52,123 bases of DNA, from IMG/VR virus record IMGVR_UViG_3300042673_000631, positions 1 through 52,123 of that record; one strand, given 5' to 3'. The notes under the pieces are model-generated. The model did not search any database. It was not told the origin of the DNA and worked only from the letters and a program-made list of their open reading frames with translations. This document shows, one piece after another, positions 9,222 to 17,527 of this stretch; the first letter of the stretch is position 1, and the number at the start of each line of letters is the position of its first letter. This DNA is from a virus (lineage: Duplodnaviria; Caudoviricetes). The position numbers were made by a program, and so were the translations under genes.

Positions 9222-10192
9222 AATTAGATTGGTTGACCGTTGACGGTGACAGTATTTCGTGGGATAACGGGGTGGTTGATGCCCCGCAAGAGTTTTTGGA
9301 CAATGTGGACTTTCTGGTTGATGCGAAGGTTCGTGTTCGGTCGCCTCGGTTTTATTTTGCTGAGGAGGTTGCTGGTATGGACACGATGTTGGGGGCTTTG
9401 TTGACGATTGAGTTTTTGTTGGATGTTTTGGGTGTTGGTTTGGTTGAGGCTCCGATGCCGTTTGGGGTGTCGGATGTTTTTGTGACTGATAATCACGATG
9501 TGTTTGATGGTTCGGGTGAGTTTGAGAAGGCTATGTCTCGGAGTGAAGCGGGCAGGTATGCGGCGGAACAGCGTTGGAAGAACCATGCGAAGAAGGTTGA
9601 TCCTGTTCGGGTGCTTGATCCGCAGTATCAGAAAGTTGCTGATCGGATTAACGCTGGTACAAAATCAGTAACTGATGCTGGTTTCCAAATTGAAATAATC
9701 AATTCTCCTGAAGATCGGCAACGCATATTGGAGATGCATACAAAATTTAAAGATTTTGTTGTTGAACAAAGGAATTTGTGGCGAGATACAAAAGGAAAAG
9801 AAGGTAAATATTTTTCTGATAGAACAATTTCTGGTCTTCAGTTAATGACAACTTCTATAAAAAGGGGAGCAACACGAGGGACAACAATTGTTGTTCACGA
9901 TGGATCATTAGTTGCTGGTGCCGCTCTTGCTCATATTCAGACAAACAGTATGGCTGATGGTAAACCTATGTCAATTTGGCTTATGGGGTCGGCTCATATA
10001 GTTGAAGGTGCTGGTTCTGCTATGTATGGCGCGCTTTTGAAATGGGGTCAATCTCAAGGTGTTACATCTATTGAATTAGATCCGTTACCTGATGCTAAAA
10101 CTTTTTGGCAGACAAAAATGAGAATGATTTGGACTGGTGAAGAAATGGTTTATTCTGATAGCAAAATTGGAATGATTGGGGCGTTGAAATGA
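9218..10192 (+). CDS. Tagged head-cargo protein 3: partner domain, tag, GNAT-like acetyltransferase
   Basis: FEKAMSRSEAGRYAAEQRWKNH at 9524-9586; GAGSAMYGALLKWG...AKTFW GNAT motif A/B-like; ATGA overlap start 9218. Confidence 0.65.
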   Translation: MKLDWLTVDGDSISWDNGVVDAPQEFLDNVDFLVDAKVRVRSPRFYFAEEVAGMDTMLGALLTIEFLLDVLGVGLVEAPMPFGVSDVFVTDNHDVFDGSGEFEKAMSRSEAGRYAAEQRWKNHAKKVDPVRVLDPQYQKVADRINAGTKSVTDAGFQIEIINSPEDRQRILEMHTKFKDFVVEQRNLWRDTKGKEGKYFSDRTISGLQLMTTSIKRGATRGTTIVVHDGSLVAGAALAHIQTNSMADGKPMSIWLMGSAHIVEGAGSAMYGALLKWGQSQGVTSIELDPLPDAKTFWQTKMRMIWTGEEMVYSDSKIGMIGALK

Positions 10193-11268
10193 TCGGGTCG
10201 TTGGATGATATGGATGATGCGATGCCTGATCTATTGGATTGGCTTCGTTCTAATGTTGAGTTTGAGAAAGCAAAGTTCAGTTCTCGTAGTGAGGCTGGGA
10301 AGTATGCGGCTCATATTAGGTGGATGAACCAGAGGGGTATGACTCCGTTGTCTGCTGAGGCTTGGACGGCTAGTCAGAGTGCTGATGCGACACCTGTTGT
10401 TACGGCTCCGACTGTACCGTCACGGTTTACTGCTACTGGTATGTGGTGGGATGCACAACCGCCCGCTCTTGCTTCTATGAAAGATGCGATCACATGGTTG
10501 CAGGATAAATGGGGTGGCACAACAAAAGATCAACGGCGTAGATTCAGAGTAAAACTGAATGCTATGGGAAGTAACCCCAAAACGGATCATTTGGCTCAAG
10601 CGTATGCCATTGCAATGGATAACTTGTTTAAATTTGCACCTATCGTGGCGGAAACTATTGAAGAAGTAGTTTGGGATGAAAATCAAATACGGAATTCGTG
10701 GGGTCAGGCTAGTCGTGATGGTCACAGTCTAAATTTCATTGCAAGCACTTTTGTACAAACTTTGATACAGCCAGATGGAACAGTTATCCCTTCGGAGCAA
10801 TATGCGTTGTTTGCAAAAGAACAAGCATTTTCAACGGGGTTCAAATCTTCAAGGTCGCTGAGTAGCACTTTTTATCACGAGTTTGGGCACCACATTGGGT
10901 TTGCCGCTGGTAATAAAGCGTTGTACGGCGATGTTAAAGAAGTTAGACCATCCTTGTATGCGGATTCAGATGATCGTAAAAAGTACAATCGTGAACTTGC
11001 CAAATTGATTAGCCCGATTCTTAAAGAGCATTACGGAGATGAAAGTCGTGCAAGAATTGAACTTGATGATAAAGCGCAATATAAAATACGGGGAAAAATA
11101 GAAGAAGACATATCCAAATATGCTTTGACTAACTACGACGAATTGGTTGCGGAATCAGCGGCACAGTATTTTGCCGCCAAATTTGAACCTGACCAACCGC
11201 CAGCGTCACCGTTAGCAATCAAAATTGTTGAGACATTATTGAATTACATAGAAGGAGAGAACAAATGA
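10189..11268 (+). CDS. Tagged head-cargo protein 4: tag, zincin metallopeptidase
   Basis: FEKAKFSSRSEAGKYAAHIRW at 10264-10323; HEFGH 10876-10890 and ISKYALTNYDELVAE third-ligand motif. Confidence 0.7.
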   Translation: MIGSLDDMDDAMPDLLDWLRSNVEFEKAKFSSRSEAGKYAAHIRWMNQRGMTPLSAEAWTASQSADATPVVTAPTVPSRFTATGMWWDAQPPALASMKDAITWLQDKWGGTTKDQRRRFRVKLNAMGSNPKTDHLAQAYAIAMDNLFKFAPIVAETIEEVVWDENQIRNSWGQASRDGHSLNFIASTFVQTLIQPDGTVIPSEQYALFAKEQAFSTGFKSSRSLSSTFYHEFGHHIGFAAGNKALYGDVKEVRPSLYADSDDRKKYNRELAKLISPILKEHYGDESRARIELDDKAQYKIRGKIEEDISKYALTNYDELVAESAAQYFAAKFEPDQPPASPLAIKIVETLLNYIEGENK

Positions 11269-11501
11269 CTGAGGGTTTAACGATCTGTTGGGCTTGTAAG
11301 CACTTGCGAGCAGATTCAGCCGTTGTTGACGGTTGGATGGTTTCCACATGCGACGCTTTCCCTGACGGTATTCCGATCAAGATCTTTATTGATGGGTTTG
11401 ACCATCGGAAAGAATTTGGTGGCGATAACGGGGTACGCTTTGAACCGATAACGGTTGATATGGGCGTTGAGGCTCTAAAAATAGTTGAGGAGTTGTCGTG
11501 A
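11265..11501 (+). CDS. Small Cys/His protein (CxxCxH...CxAFPxGIP...H), candidate partner of upstream peptidase
   Basis: CWACKH...CDAFPDGIP...FDHRKEFGGDNGVRFEP; translationally coupled. Confidence 0.7.
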   Translation: MTEGLTICWACKHLRADSAVVDGWMVSTCDAFPDGIPIKIFIDGFDHRKEFGGDNGVRFEPITVDMGVEALKIVEELS

Positions 11502-11680
11502 TTTTGATTGCAATGGTTGATAATGCGAAGGTGTTTGACATTGAAGACGATGATCCGATGTTCGGCAAGCGTGTTGTTCTGGAGCGTGGCGGTGTTCAGA
11601 GTGCCCCGATCTTGTTGGAGAATGTGGTTACGAAAATGTCTATGAGCAAGTGGGAATGGATCAACCCCCCTACTAAATAA
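11498..11680 (+). CDS. Small hypothetical protein
   Basis: GAGGAG RBS, GTGA overlap. Confidence 0.6.
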   Translation: MILIAMVDNAKVFDIEDDDPMFGKRVVLERGGVQSAPILLENVVTKMSMSKWEWINPPTK

Positions 11681-11710
11681 TGCTTATCGGGTTTACTGTA
11701 AGGTGACCGC

Positions 11711-13720
11711 ATGCATACACACGAAATAGACCAGTGGATTAACGGCGATCTGGCGTGGGAAGATTTGTCTGTTGAAGCGCAACGAAGTGTTGATGCTGAT
11801 GCGATGAAGGCTGAACCTGTCGCCGAAATGGAACTGGTTCACAAGTCGGTTGCTGAGAAGCGATTCACTTTGGGTCCGTGGTATATCCCTAATCGGTTGG
11901 ATGCTCATAATGAGTGGACGGACGCTGACGAGTTGCAGGCTGGTTTGTGGGATTATGTTCGTAAGGGTGATCGTGGTATCCGTTTACAGCACAATCGTGA
12001 CATTGTGGCTGGTGAATGGGTTGAGGCTATGCAACTGCCTGTACCGATGCGAATGCAGAAAGCGGCTGACGGCGGGGATGTTGAATATCCTGAGGGGACA
12101 GTGTTTTTGGGTGTTGTTTGGAAGCAGTGGGCGTGGGATCTGGTGAAGAACGGCAAAATTAAAGGTTTTTCTATTGGTGGTTCGTCGGCTCGTCTGCCAA
12201 TTGAGCCTGTTTCTAAGGCTGTCGGGTTCAAACCGATGTTTATTCCTGCGTTGATTCGGGTTTCAGGTAAGTCTTTTGCTGTCCGTCCAGATGGTGGAGG
12301 GGTTCGGGTTTCGTCGGGTTCTGATGCTGTTGTGTTTGATCCGTATCGGGCTGATGTGGTTGCTAAGTCTGTTTCTGGAGCGCAGTTTGCTGATGCGAAG
12401 ACGATGGTGGCGATTTCTAAAGCGATCTTGACTGGCAATGTTGATGCTGGAATGTGGGCTGATACTGGGGTTTCGTGGGTTTTTGTTAAGGCTAAGTTCA
12501 GTTCTCGTTCTGAGGCGGCTCGTTACGCCGCTCATATTCGTTGGGCTACTGAACGAGGTGAAACCCCGATGGGTGCGGGCGAGTTTTCGGAACAAATTAA
12601 GTCGTCTGCGGATTATGCGATGATGAATTTGAAGAAAAATCGTGATGCTTTGGCTTCCAAGATGGAGTTTCCGCATAACGATCTTCCTGTTGGTCCGTTG
12701 GGTTTGCCAACTTCTCCTGCTGGTAAGTCTTTGTTTAACACTTCTCCGTCGCTTGGCGGGCATGTTGATTTTGACGCTATGGGCAAGTACATGATGGATC
12801 GTTTAGATCAACCGAACATGGGTTTTGGTAAGGCGGGGTTGCCTACAGAAGCACCGTATGATGTTCTTCGTCGTTTTATGACTCCTGAACGGCGGGCTTT
12901 GCACGATGCGATCGTTGACGCTCATTTGGCTGGCAAAACGGCTAGAGATGATACCCCCGAATACACTTGGCTTGGTGGTGGTGGTGCTTCTGGTAAAACC
13001 AGCATTTTGGAATCTGGTGCCGCTAGTGTTCCGACCCGTGTTTTGAAGAATGGTTCGGCTGTACCAAGTGGTGATATGCACTCTGTTGAGATCAATGCTG
13101 ACGAAATCAAAGATTTGTTACCAGAGTTTTTGGCGTTGACAAAGGGTGGGGAAAAAAGGGTTTATGTCACTGCTGACGGTAGAGAAAAGCCTTATGAATT
13201 GGGTCGTTCAACTGAGCGGGCACGATTTGTTGCGGCTGGTTTTACTCACGAAGAGTCGTCTATCCTTGCGAAGCGTATTAACTCCGAGGCTATGTACAGA
13301 GGTTTGGACATTGTGATGGATGGTACTGCTGACGGCAAACCGGGGGCACAAGCGAAGAAGGTTGCTGTGGCTCAAGCAAACGGCTATAAAACTCGTTTGA
13401 TTATGGTGACTATCCCTACCGAAGTGGCTATTGTTCGTTCTAATGAGCGAGGTATTACTTCGGGGCGTAAGGTTCCTGAGTTCGCTTTGCGTGACGCTCA
13501 TGTTGGGGCTTCGGCAAGATTTTTGGAAACGGCACCGCTGTATGACTCTTTTGAGGCTTATGATAACTCAGGGCGACCGCCACAAAAATTTGTAAGTAAG
13601 AGTACCAAGGGTGGTCGGGTTACTATTCAAAATAAAGCCCTGTATGATGCTTTCTTAGCGAAGGCTGGCGAAAGTTTGGGCGAGTCAACAGCAAGGGATG
13701 AACCGTGGACATTAGCGTAA
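11711..13720 (+). CDS. XkdF-like (S78-type) prohead protease fused via tag to zeta-toxin-like P-loop kinase
   Basis: N-term GPWYIPNRLDAHNE...LQHN...GT..W..VKNGKIKGFSIGG; tag 12485-12544; GGGGASGKT 12974-13000, INADEIK, HEESS, VMDGT, GRKVP, YDNSG. Confidence 0.8.
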   Translation: MHTHEIDQWINGDLAWEDLSVEAQRSVDADAMKAEPVAEMELVHKSVAEKRFTLGPWYIPNRLDAHNEWTDADELQAGLWDYVRKGDRGIRLQHNRDIVAGEWVEAMQLPVPMRMQKAADGGDVEYPEGTVFLGVVWKQWAWDLVKNGKIKGFSIGGSSARLPIEPVSKAVGFKPMFIPALIRVSGKSFAVRPDGGGVRVSSGSDAVVFDPYRADVVAKSVSGAQFADAKTMVAISKAILTGNVDAGMWADTGVSWVFVKAKFSSRSEAARYAAHIRWATERGETPMGAGEFSEQIKSSADYAMMNLKKNRDALASKMEFPHNDLPVGPLGLPTSPAGKSLFNTSPSLGGHVDFDAMGKYMMDRLDQPNMGFGKAGLPTEAPYDVLRRFMTPERRALHDAIVDAHLAGKTARDDTPEYTWLGGGGASGKTSILESGAASVPTRVLKNGSAVPSGDMHSVEINADEIKDLLPEFLALTKGGEKRVYVTADGREKPYELGRSTERARFVAAGFTHEESSILAKRINSEAMYRGLDIVMDGTADGKPGAQAKKVAVAQANGYKTRLIMVTIPTEVAIVRSNERGITSGRKVPEFALRDAHVGASARFLETAPLYDSFEAYDNSGRPPQKFVSKSTKGGRVTIQNKALYDAFLAKAGESLGESTARDEPWTLA

Positions 13721-13986
13721 ACCGTATTAGCCGTTTGATGCAGGCTATTGTTTTGGGCGAGGACGCTGAGGCGTTATGCGAATCGCCTGAGGAGTTGCAG
13801 ATTCTTCCGCAGTTGCGTGAGGAGTGCCAGTTTGAAGATGGAATGATTTTGGATTTCCAGAATGATTCTGTGGATGCGAATGCTTGGGATTGTGCTGGGT
13901 TTGATCGTGATGCTTGGGAAGCGGCGGGGATGCCTGACGATGCTTGGGCGTTTGTGAAGCCGTATGTATCAGAGGCTTGGGCTTGA
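13705..13986 (+). CDS. Highly acidic small protein, candidate antitoxin of the zeta-like domain
   Basis: Overlaps end of kinase gene; very D/E-rich. Confidence 0.55.
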   Translation: MDISVNRISRLMQAIVLGEDAEALCESPEELQILPQLREECQFEDGMILDFQNDSVDANAWDCAGFDRDAWEAAGMPDDAWAFVKPYVSEAWA

Positions 13987-14011
13987 CACGGGTTTAGTGT
14001 TTTGGTACCCT
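13983..14011 (+). promoter_or_regulatory. Repeated phage promoter copy 3
   Basis: TTGACACGGGTTTAGTGTTTTGGTACCCT, 17-nt spacer. Confidence 0.75.
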
Positions 14012-14029
14012 TTGAATGAAGGAGGGTAA

Positions 14030-14413
14030 ATGAAACCAATTGCTGTATACGGAACCCTGATAAAAGGATTCCACAACTCACGGCTGTGGGATGGGCTTGC
14101 TACCTACGAGGAGTGCATCATCCACGATTTCCGTCTTGTCACTCACGGGTGGTACCCGTATGCGATACCAGACGAGGGATCAATAACAGTCGGTCAAATT
14201 ATTACGCCGACAAGTGAAGTTAACGCTTCAACGATCTTGTCTCGGCTTGATTATTTAGAAGGTGTTCCCGATCATTACAGTCGTGAATCTGCAACTGTTG
14301 AACTTGAGAATGGTGCGATTGTTACTGCATGGATTTATGTTCCTGTGAGTGATGAATCAAGTTTGGATCCTGTGCCAGAAAACGACTGGCGACTTTACGC
14401 AAGTCTTGTTTAG
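14030..14413 (+). CDS. Gamma-glutamylcyclotransferase (AIG2/GGCT-like)
   Basis: IAVYGTLIKGFHN, YPYA, LDYLEG..HYSR, AWIYV; GGAGGG RBS. Confidence 0.85.
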   Translation: MKPIAVYGTLIKGFHNSRLWDGLATYEECIIHDFRLVTHGWYPYAIPDEGSITVGQIITPTSEVNASTILSRLDYLEGVPDHYSRESATVELENGAIVTAWIYVPVSDESSLDPVPENDWRLYASLV

Positions 14414-14450
14414 TTGATGTAGTTCAGGGTTATCAGTACCGTTCTCTGCG

Positions 14451-15149
14451 ATGGCTTCGCGGAAAATGGTAAACATGAACATTGAAGAGACTTCTGGTGT
14501 TGACCATCCCGCGCACATGGACGAAGGATGGATCCTTATGAAGAACTCTGGTTTAAACACCGAAGATTTTGAAACGATTGAAAAAATGGTCGCTTTGGAA
14601 TCAGAACTTGCTGACGCTCAGGCTCGCCTTGCCTCTTTAGAAACTGAAGAGACAACCGAAGAGACAACCGAAGACATGGACTACATGGACGACGATGCGA
14701 TGATGAAGTCGGCTCCGCCTGCTGTTCGTGAAGCATTGTTGAAGGCTCGTAACGAGGCTTTTGTTGCTCAGGAAGAACTACGCAAAGAGCGTGAAGTCCG
14801 TCTTGACGCTCACGCAATTGCTAAGAGCATGGACGATTATGGCAATCTTGCTATTGACCACGAAGAATTTGGTCCTGCCCTTCGCCGTTTGGAAGAACTT
14901 GACGCAACAGTCGTTGAGATCATCGCTAAGGCTTTGCAGTCCGCTAACGCTCAGGCTGAATCAGCCAACATTTTTGCCGAAATCGGCTCTTCATACATGC
15001 CAAATACTGCTGGCAGTTTCCAGAAGATTGAATCGCTCGCTAAGTCCGCTGTGACCAAGGGCGAATATAAGACCGTTGAGCAAGCAATCGCTGGCTTGAT
15101 TGAAACCAACCCATCGTTGTACGCAGAGTACATCGCTGAAACCCGCTGA
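14451..15149 (+). CDS. Capsid scaffolding protein
   Basis: IEETSGVDHPA N-terminus, coiled-coil, acidic, C-terminal NPSLYAEY; upstream of capsid genes. Confidence 0.7.
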   Translation: MASRKMVNMNIEETSGVDHPAHMDEGWILMKNSGLNTEDFETIEKMVALESELADAQARLASLETEETTEETTEDMDYMDDDAMMKSAPPAVREALLKARNEAFVAQEELRKEREVRLDAHAIAKSMDDYGNLAIDHEEFGPALRRLEELDATVVEIIAKALQSANAQAESANIFAEIGSSYMPNTAGSFQKIESLAKSAVTKGEYKTVEQAIAGLIETNPSLYAEYIAETR

Positions 15150-15167
15150 CCAGAAGAGGACACACTC

Positions 15168-15563
15168 ATGGCATACGAAATTTCCAATTACAGCGTCAAA
15201 ATCACCCTTGTCGCCGCCGCTGACCTTAGTGCGAAGCAGTATTACTTCGTCAAGATCAACACTTCGGGTCAAGCCGCGCTTTGTGCGGCGGCTACTGACA
15301 AGCCGATTGGCGTTCTTCAGAACAGCCCAACCGCTGGTCAAGAAGCCCAAGTTCTAGTTATTGGTGGAACTAAGGTCGTTTGTTCCGCAAGCCTAGACGA
15401 AGGTGTTGCTATCGGCACGACTTCGGCTGGTAAGGCTGGAGCAAAGGTTGTCGGAACTGACACCACTAACTACATCGTCGGTCAAATCATCCTTGCGGGT
15501 GGAGCCGACTTGGATATTGCAACCGCTGTTATTAACTGTGCATCGCCTGCCCGCGCCGCCTGA
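15168..15563 (+). CDS. Capsid decoration/cement protein (DUF2190-like)
   Basis: AAADLS...IGVLQN.P.AG...GKA pattern; between scaffold and MCP. Confidence 0.7.
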   Translation: MAYEISNYSVKITLVAAADLSAKQYYFVKINTSGQAALCAAATDKPIGVLQNSPTAGQEAQVLVIGGTKVVCSASLDEGVAIGTTSAGKAGAKVVGTDTTNYIVGQIILAGGADLDIATAVINCASPARAA

Positions 15564-15580
15564 GTCAAAAGGAATAAATC

Positions 15581-16531
15581 ATGCCCCAGCCCACACAAAA
15601 TCAGGTACATGTTGATGCGATTCTGACGAACATCAGTGTCGCTTACATGCAAAAAGCCGAAAACTTCATTGCAAACAAGATCTTCCCGATCGTTCCTGTT
15701 GAGAAGCAGTCGGACAAGTTCTTCAAGTACACCAAGAACGACTGGTTCCGTGACGAAGCACAGCGACGCGCTGATGCGACGGAATCTGCTGGTGGCGGTT
15801 ACAACTTGTCAACCGATTCGTACAACGCTGAAGTGTGGGCTTTCCACAAGGATGTTGGCGATCAGACTCGTGCAAATGCTGATGCTCCTATCAATGTGGA
15901 TCGTGAAGCGGTTGAGTTCATTACGAGCCGTTTGTTGCTCAAGATGGAAACTGAATTCGTTTCAAGTTATTTCACGAGTGGCATTTGGGCTACTGACAAC
16001 ACTCCGTCAAACTTGTGGTCGGATTACACCAACAGTGACCCGTTGAACGATGTTGAAGATGCGAAGCGAGCAATCCTTTCCACTACTGGTTTTGAACCGA
16101 ACACGCTTGTGCTTGGTTACGATGTTTTCAAGGAATTGAAGAATCACCCAGATCTCGTTGACCGTATCAAGTACACCTCGTCTTCGGTTATCACGACTGA
16201 CATGATCGCTCGTATGTTTGATGTTGATCGTGTTGTGGTTTCAAAGGCTGTCAAGGCAACCAACAATGAAGGTGCCACTGGTGCTTATGACTTCACTGCT
16301 GGTAAGAATGCGCTCTTGTGCTATTCGGCTCCGTCACCGGGTCTTCTCCAGCCGTCTGCTGGTTACATCATGTCTTGGACTGGTGTTTCTGGTGGTCTTG
16401 GTCAGACGATCGGTTCAAGCCGTTTCCGTATGGAATCAGTGAAGGCTGACCGTATTGAAGCAGAAATGGCTTTTGACATGAAGGTCGTTGCCGCTGACCT
16501 CGGTTACTTCTTCGCCAGCGTGGTTTCGTGA
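15581..16531 (+). CDS. Major capsid protein (HK97 fold)
   Basis: HVDAILTNISVAY...FIANKIFPIVPV...PNTLVLG...GYFFASVV; AAGGA RBS. Confidence 0.85.
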   Translation: MPQPTQNQVHVDAILTNISVAYMQKAENFIANKIFPIVPVEKQSDKFFKYTKNDWFRDEAQRRADATESAGGGYNLSTDSYNAEVWAFHKDVGDQTRANADAPINVDREAVEFITSRLLLKMETEFVSSYFTSGIWATDNTPSNLWSDYTNSDPLNDVEDAKRAILSTTGFEPNTLVLGYDVFKELKNHPDLVDRIKYTSSSVITTDMIARMFDVDRVVVSKAVKATNNEGATGAYDFTAGKNALLCYSAPSPGLLQPSAGYIMSWTGVSGGLGQTIGSSRFRMESVKADRIEAEMAFDMKVVAADLGYFFASVVS

Positions 16532-16764
16532 GCGAATGGCTCGTGCTTAAGCCGATCAAGGTCGGTGGAGGCAATTTCATTCAAACTGGTGAACGAGTTC
16601 TTGCTGACAATTGGCGGAATCGTCGCTCTCTTGAATCTGGACGCTATATCCAGAGGATTGAGGTTACGGTTCCGCCTGTTGACAGTGATGCGATCGTTGA
16701 AGATGTAGTTAAGCCCGTTAAGAAAGTTGGGCGACCGCCAAAGGTTGCTGTAGAGGAAGGTTGA
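16528..16764 (+). CDS. Small virion-associated protein
   Basis: Coupled to MCP; KKVGRPPK tail. Confidence 0.6.
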   Translation: MSEWLVLKPIKVGGGNFIQTGERVLADNWRNRRSLESGRYIQRIEVTVPPVDSDAIVEDVVKPVKKVGRPPKVAVEEG

Positions 16765-16768
16765 TTCA

Positions 16769-17194
16769 ATGACTTGGAGTTATGGCGGTGATCCTGCTAA
16801 CTCCGTTATTGATCGGGTCAGGTTCCTTTCGGGAGATACTGACACTACGAACCAGCAGGTAAGTAACGAAGAGATTTCGTTCTTGTTGTCGGAGAATAAC
16901 TCTGATGCTTATTTGTCGGCGGCTGGTGTGTGTGAGGCGGCGGCTTCTAAGGCTTCTGGTAAGGCTGATTATTCTCGTAGTGTGGGCGATTTGTCTATTT
17001 CTACTCAGTATTCGGCGCATGCGAACTCTTTGTTGAAGTTGGCTGAGGTTTTGCGTATGAAGGCTTCTCGTCGTAATCCGCCGTCTGTGAATTTCTATAC
17101 GGATGACAGTGGGAATGTTTTTGGGGCTATGAAGTTTGCTGTTGATATGGATCATAATTATGGTTCGTATGACACTCGGACTGCTGTGGATTGA
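16769..17194 (+). CDS. Head-tail adaptor
   Basis: MTWSYGGDP...DRVRFLSGDTD...SNEEI...SVGDLSIS pattern. Confidence 0.75.
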   Translation: MTWSYGGDPANSVIDRVRFLSGDTDTTNQQVSNEEISFLLSENNSDAYLSAAGVCEAAASKASGKADYSRSVGDLSISTQYSAHANSLLKLAEVLRMKASRRNPPSVNFYTDDSGNVFGAMKFAVDMDHNYGSYDTRTAVD

Positions 17195-17197
17195 TGT

Positions 17198-17527
17198 ATG
17201 GCGTTGGAGACTGCTTTTTTGGAGTTGATGCCTCAGACGGTGACTGTTTATTCTCAGTCGGCTAAGACGGAGTATGGGGTTCAGTCGTGGTCGGCTTCGG
17301 GGACTTCTGTTAATTGTCGTGTGATGGAAACTGGGACTTTGGCGCATGATGCGAATGGTCGTCAGGTGTATGAGACTGGCAAAATCATTTTTTATGGGAC
17401 TCCTACGGTGAATTTGAGTTCTCGGATTGCTTTGCCTGATGGTTCTTTCCCTGTGTTGTTGACGGTGAATGTTCATAGTGATGAAAATGGGCTTAGTCAT
17501 ACCAGTGTCAGTTTTGGTCGTGCCTGA
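17198..17527 (+). CDS. Head closure / head-tail joining protein
   Basis: Position, size, beta-rich, RIALPDG. Confidence 0.65.
   Translation: MALETAFLELMPQTVTVYSQSAKTEYGVQSWSASGTSVNCRVMETGTLAHDANGRQVYETGKIIFYGTPTVNLSSRIALPDGSFPVLLTVNVHSDENGLSHTSVSFGRA

Noticed and set aside
4843-12544. Tag repeats as a CRISPR array or DGR template/variable repeats
   Set aside because: Copies are in frame, kb apart and differ at synonymous positions; no cas or reverse transcriptase gene and no adenine-specific variation
14646-14675. 12-bp tandem repeat GAAGAGACAACC in the scaffold (similar GTTGAAGAG repeats at ~19550-19610)
   Set aside because: Simply encodes low-complexity acidic linkers (EETT, EEVV)
16766-17500. 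Long minus-strand ORFs (e.g. 16766-17500, 38695-39315, 45121-45708)
   Set aside because: Shadows of well-supported plus-strand genes; biased composition, no RBS or motifs
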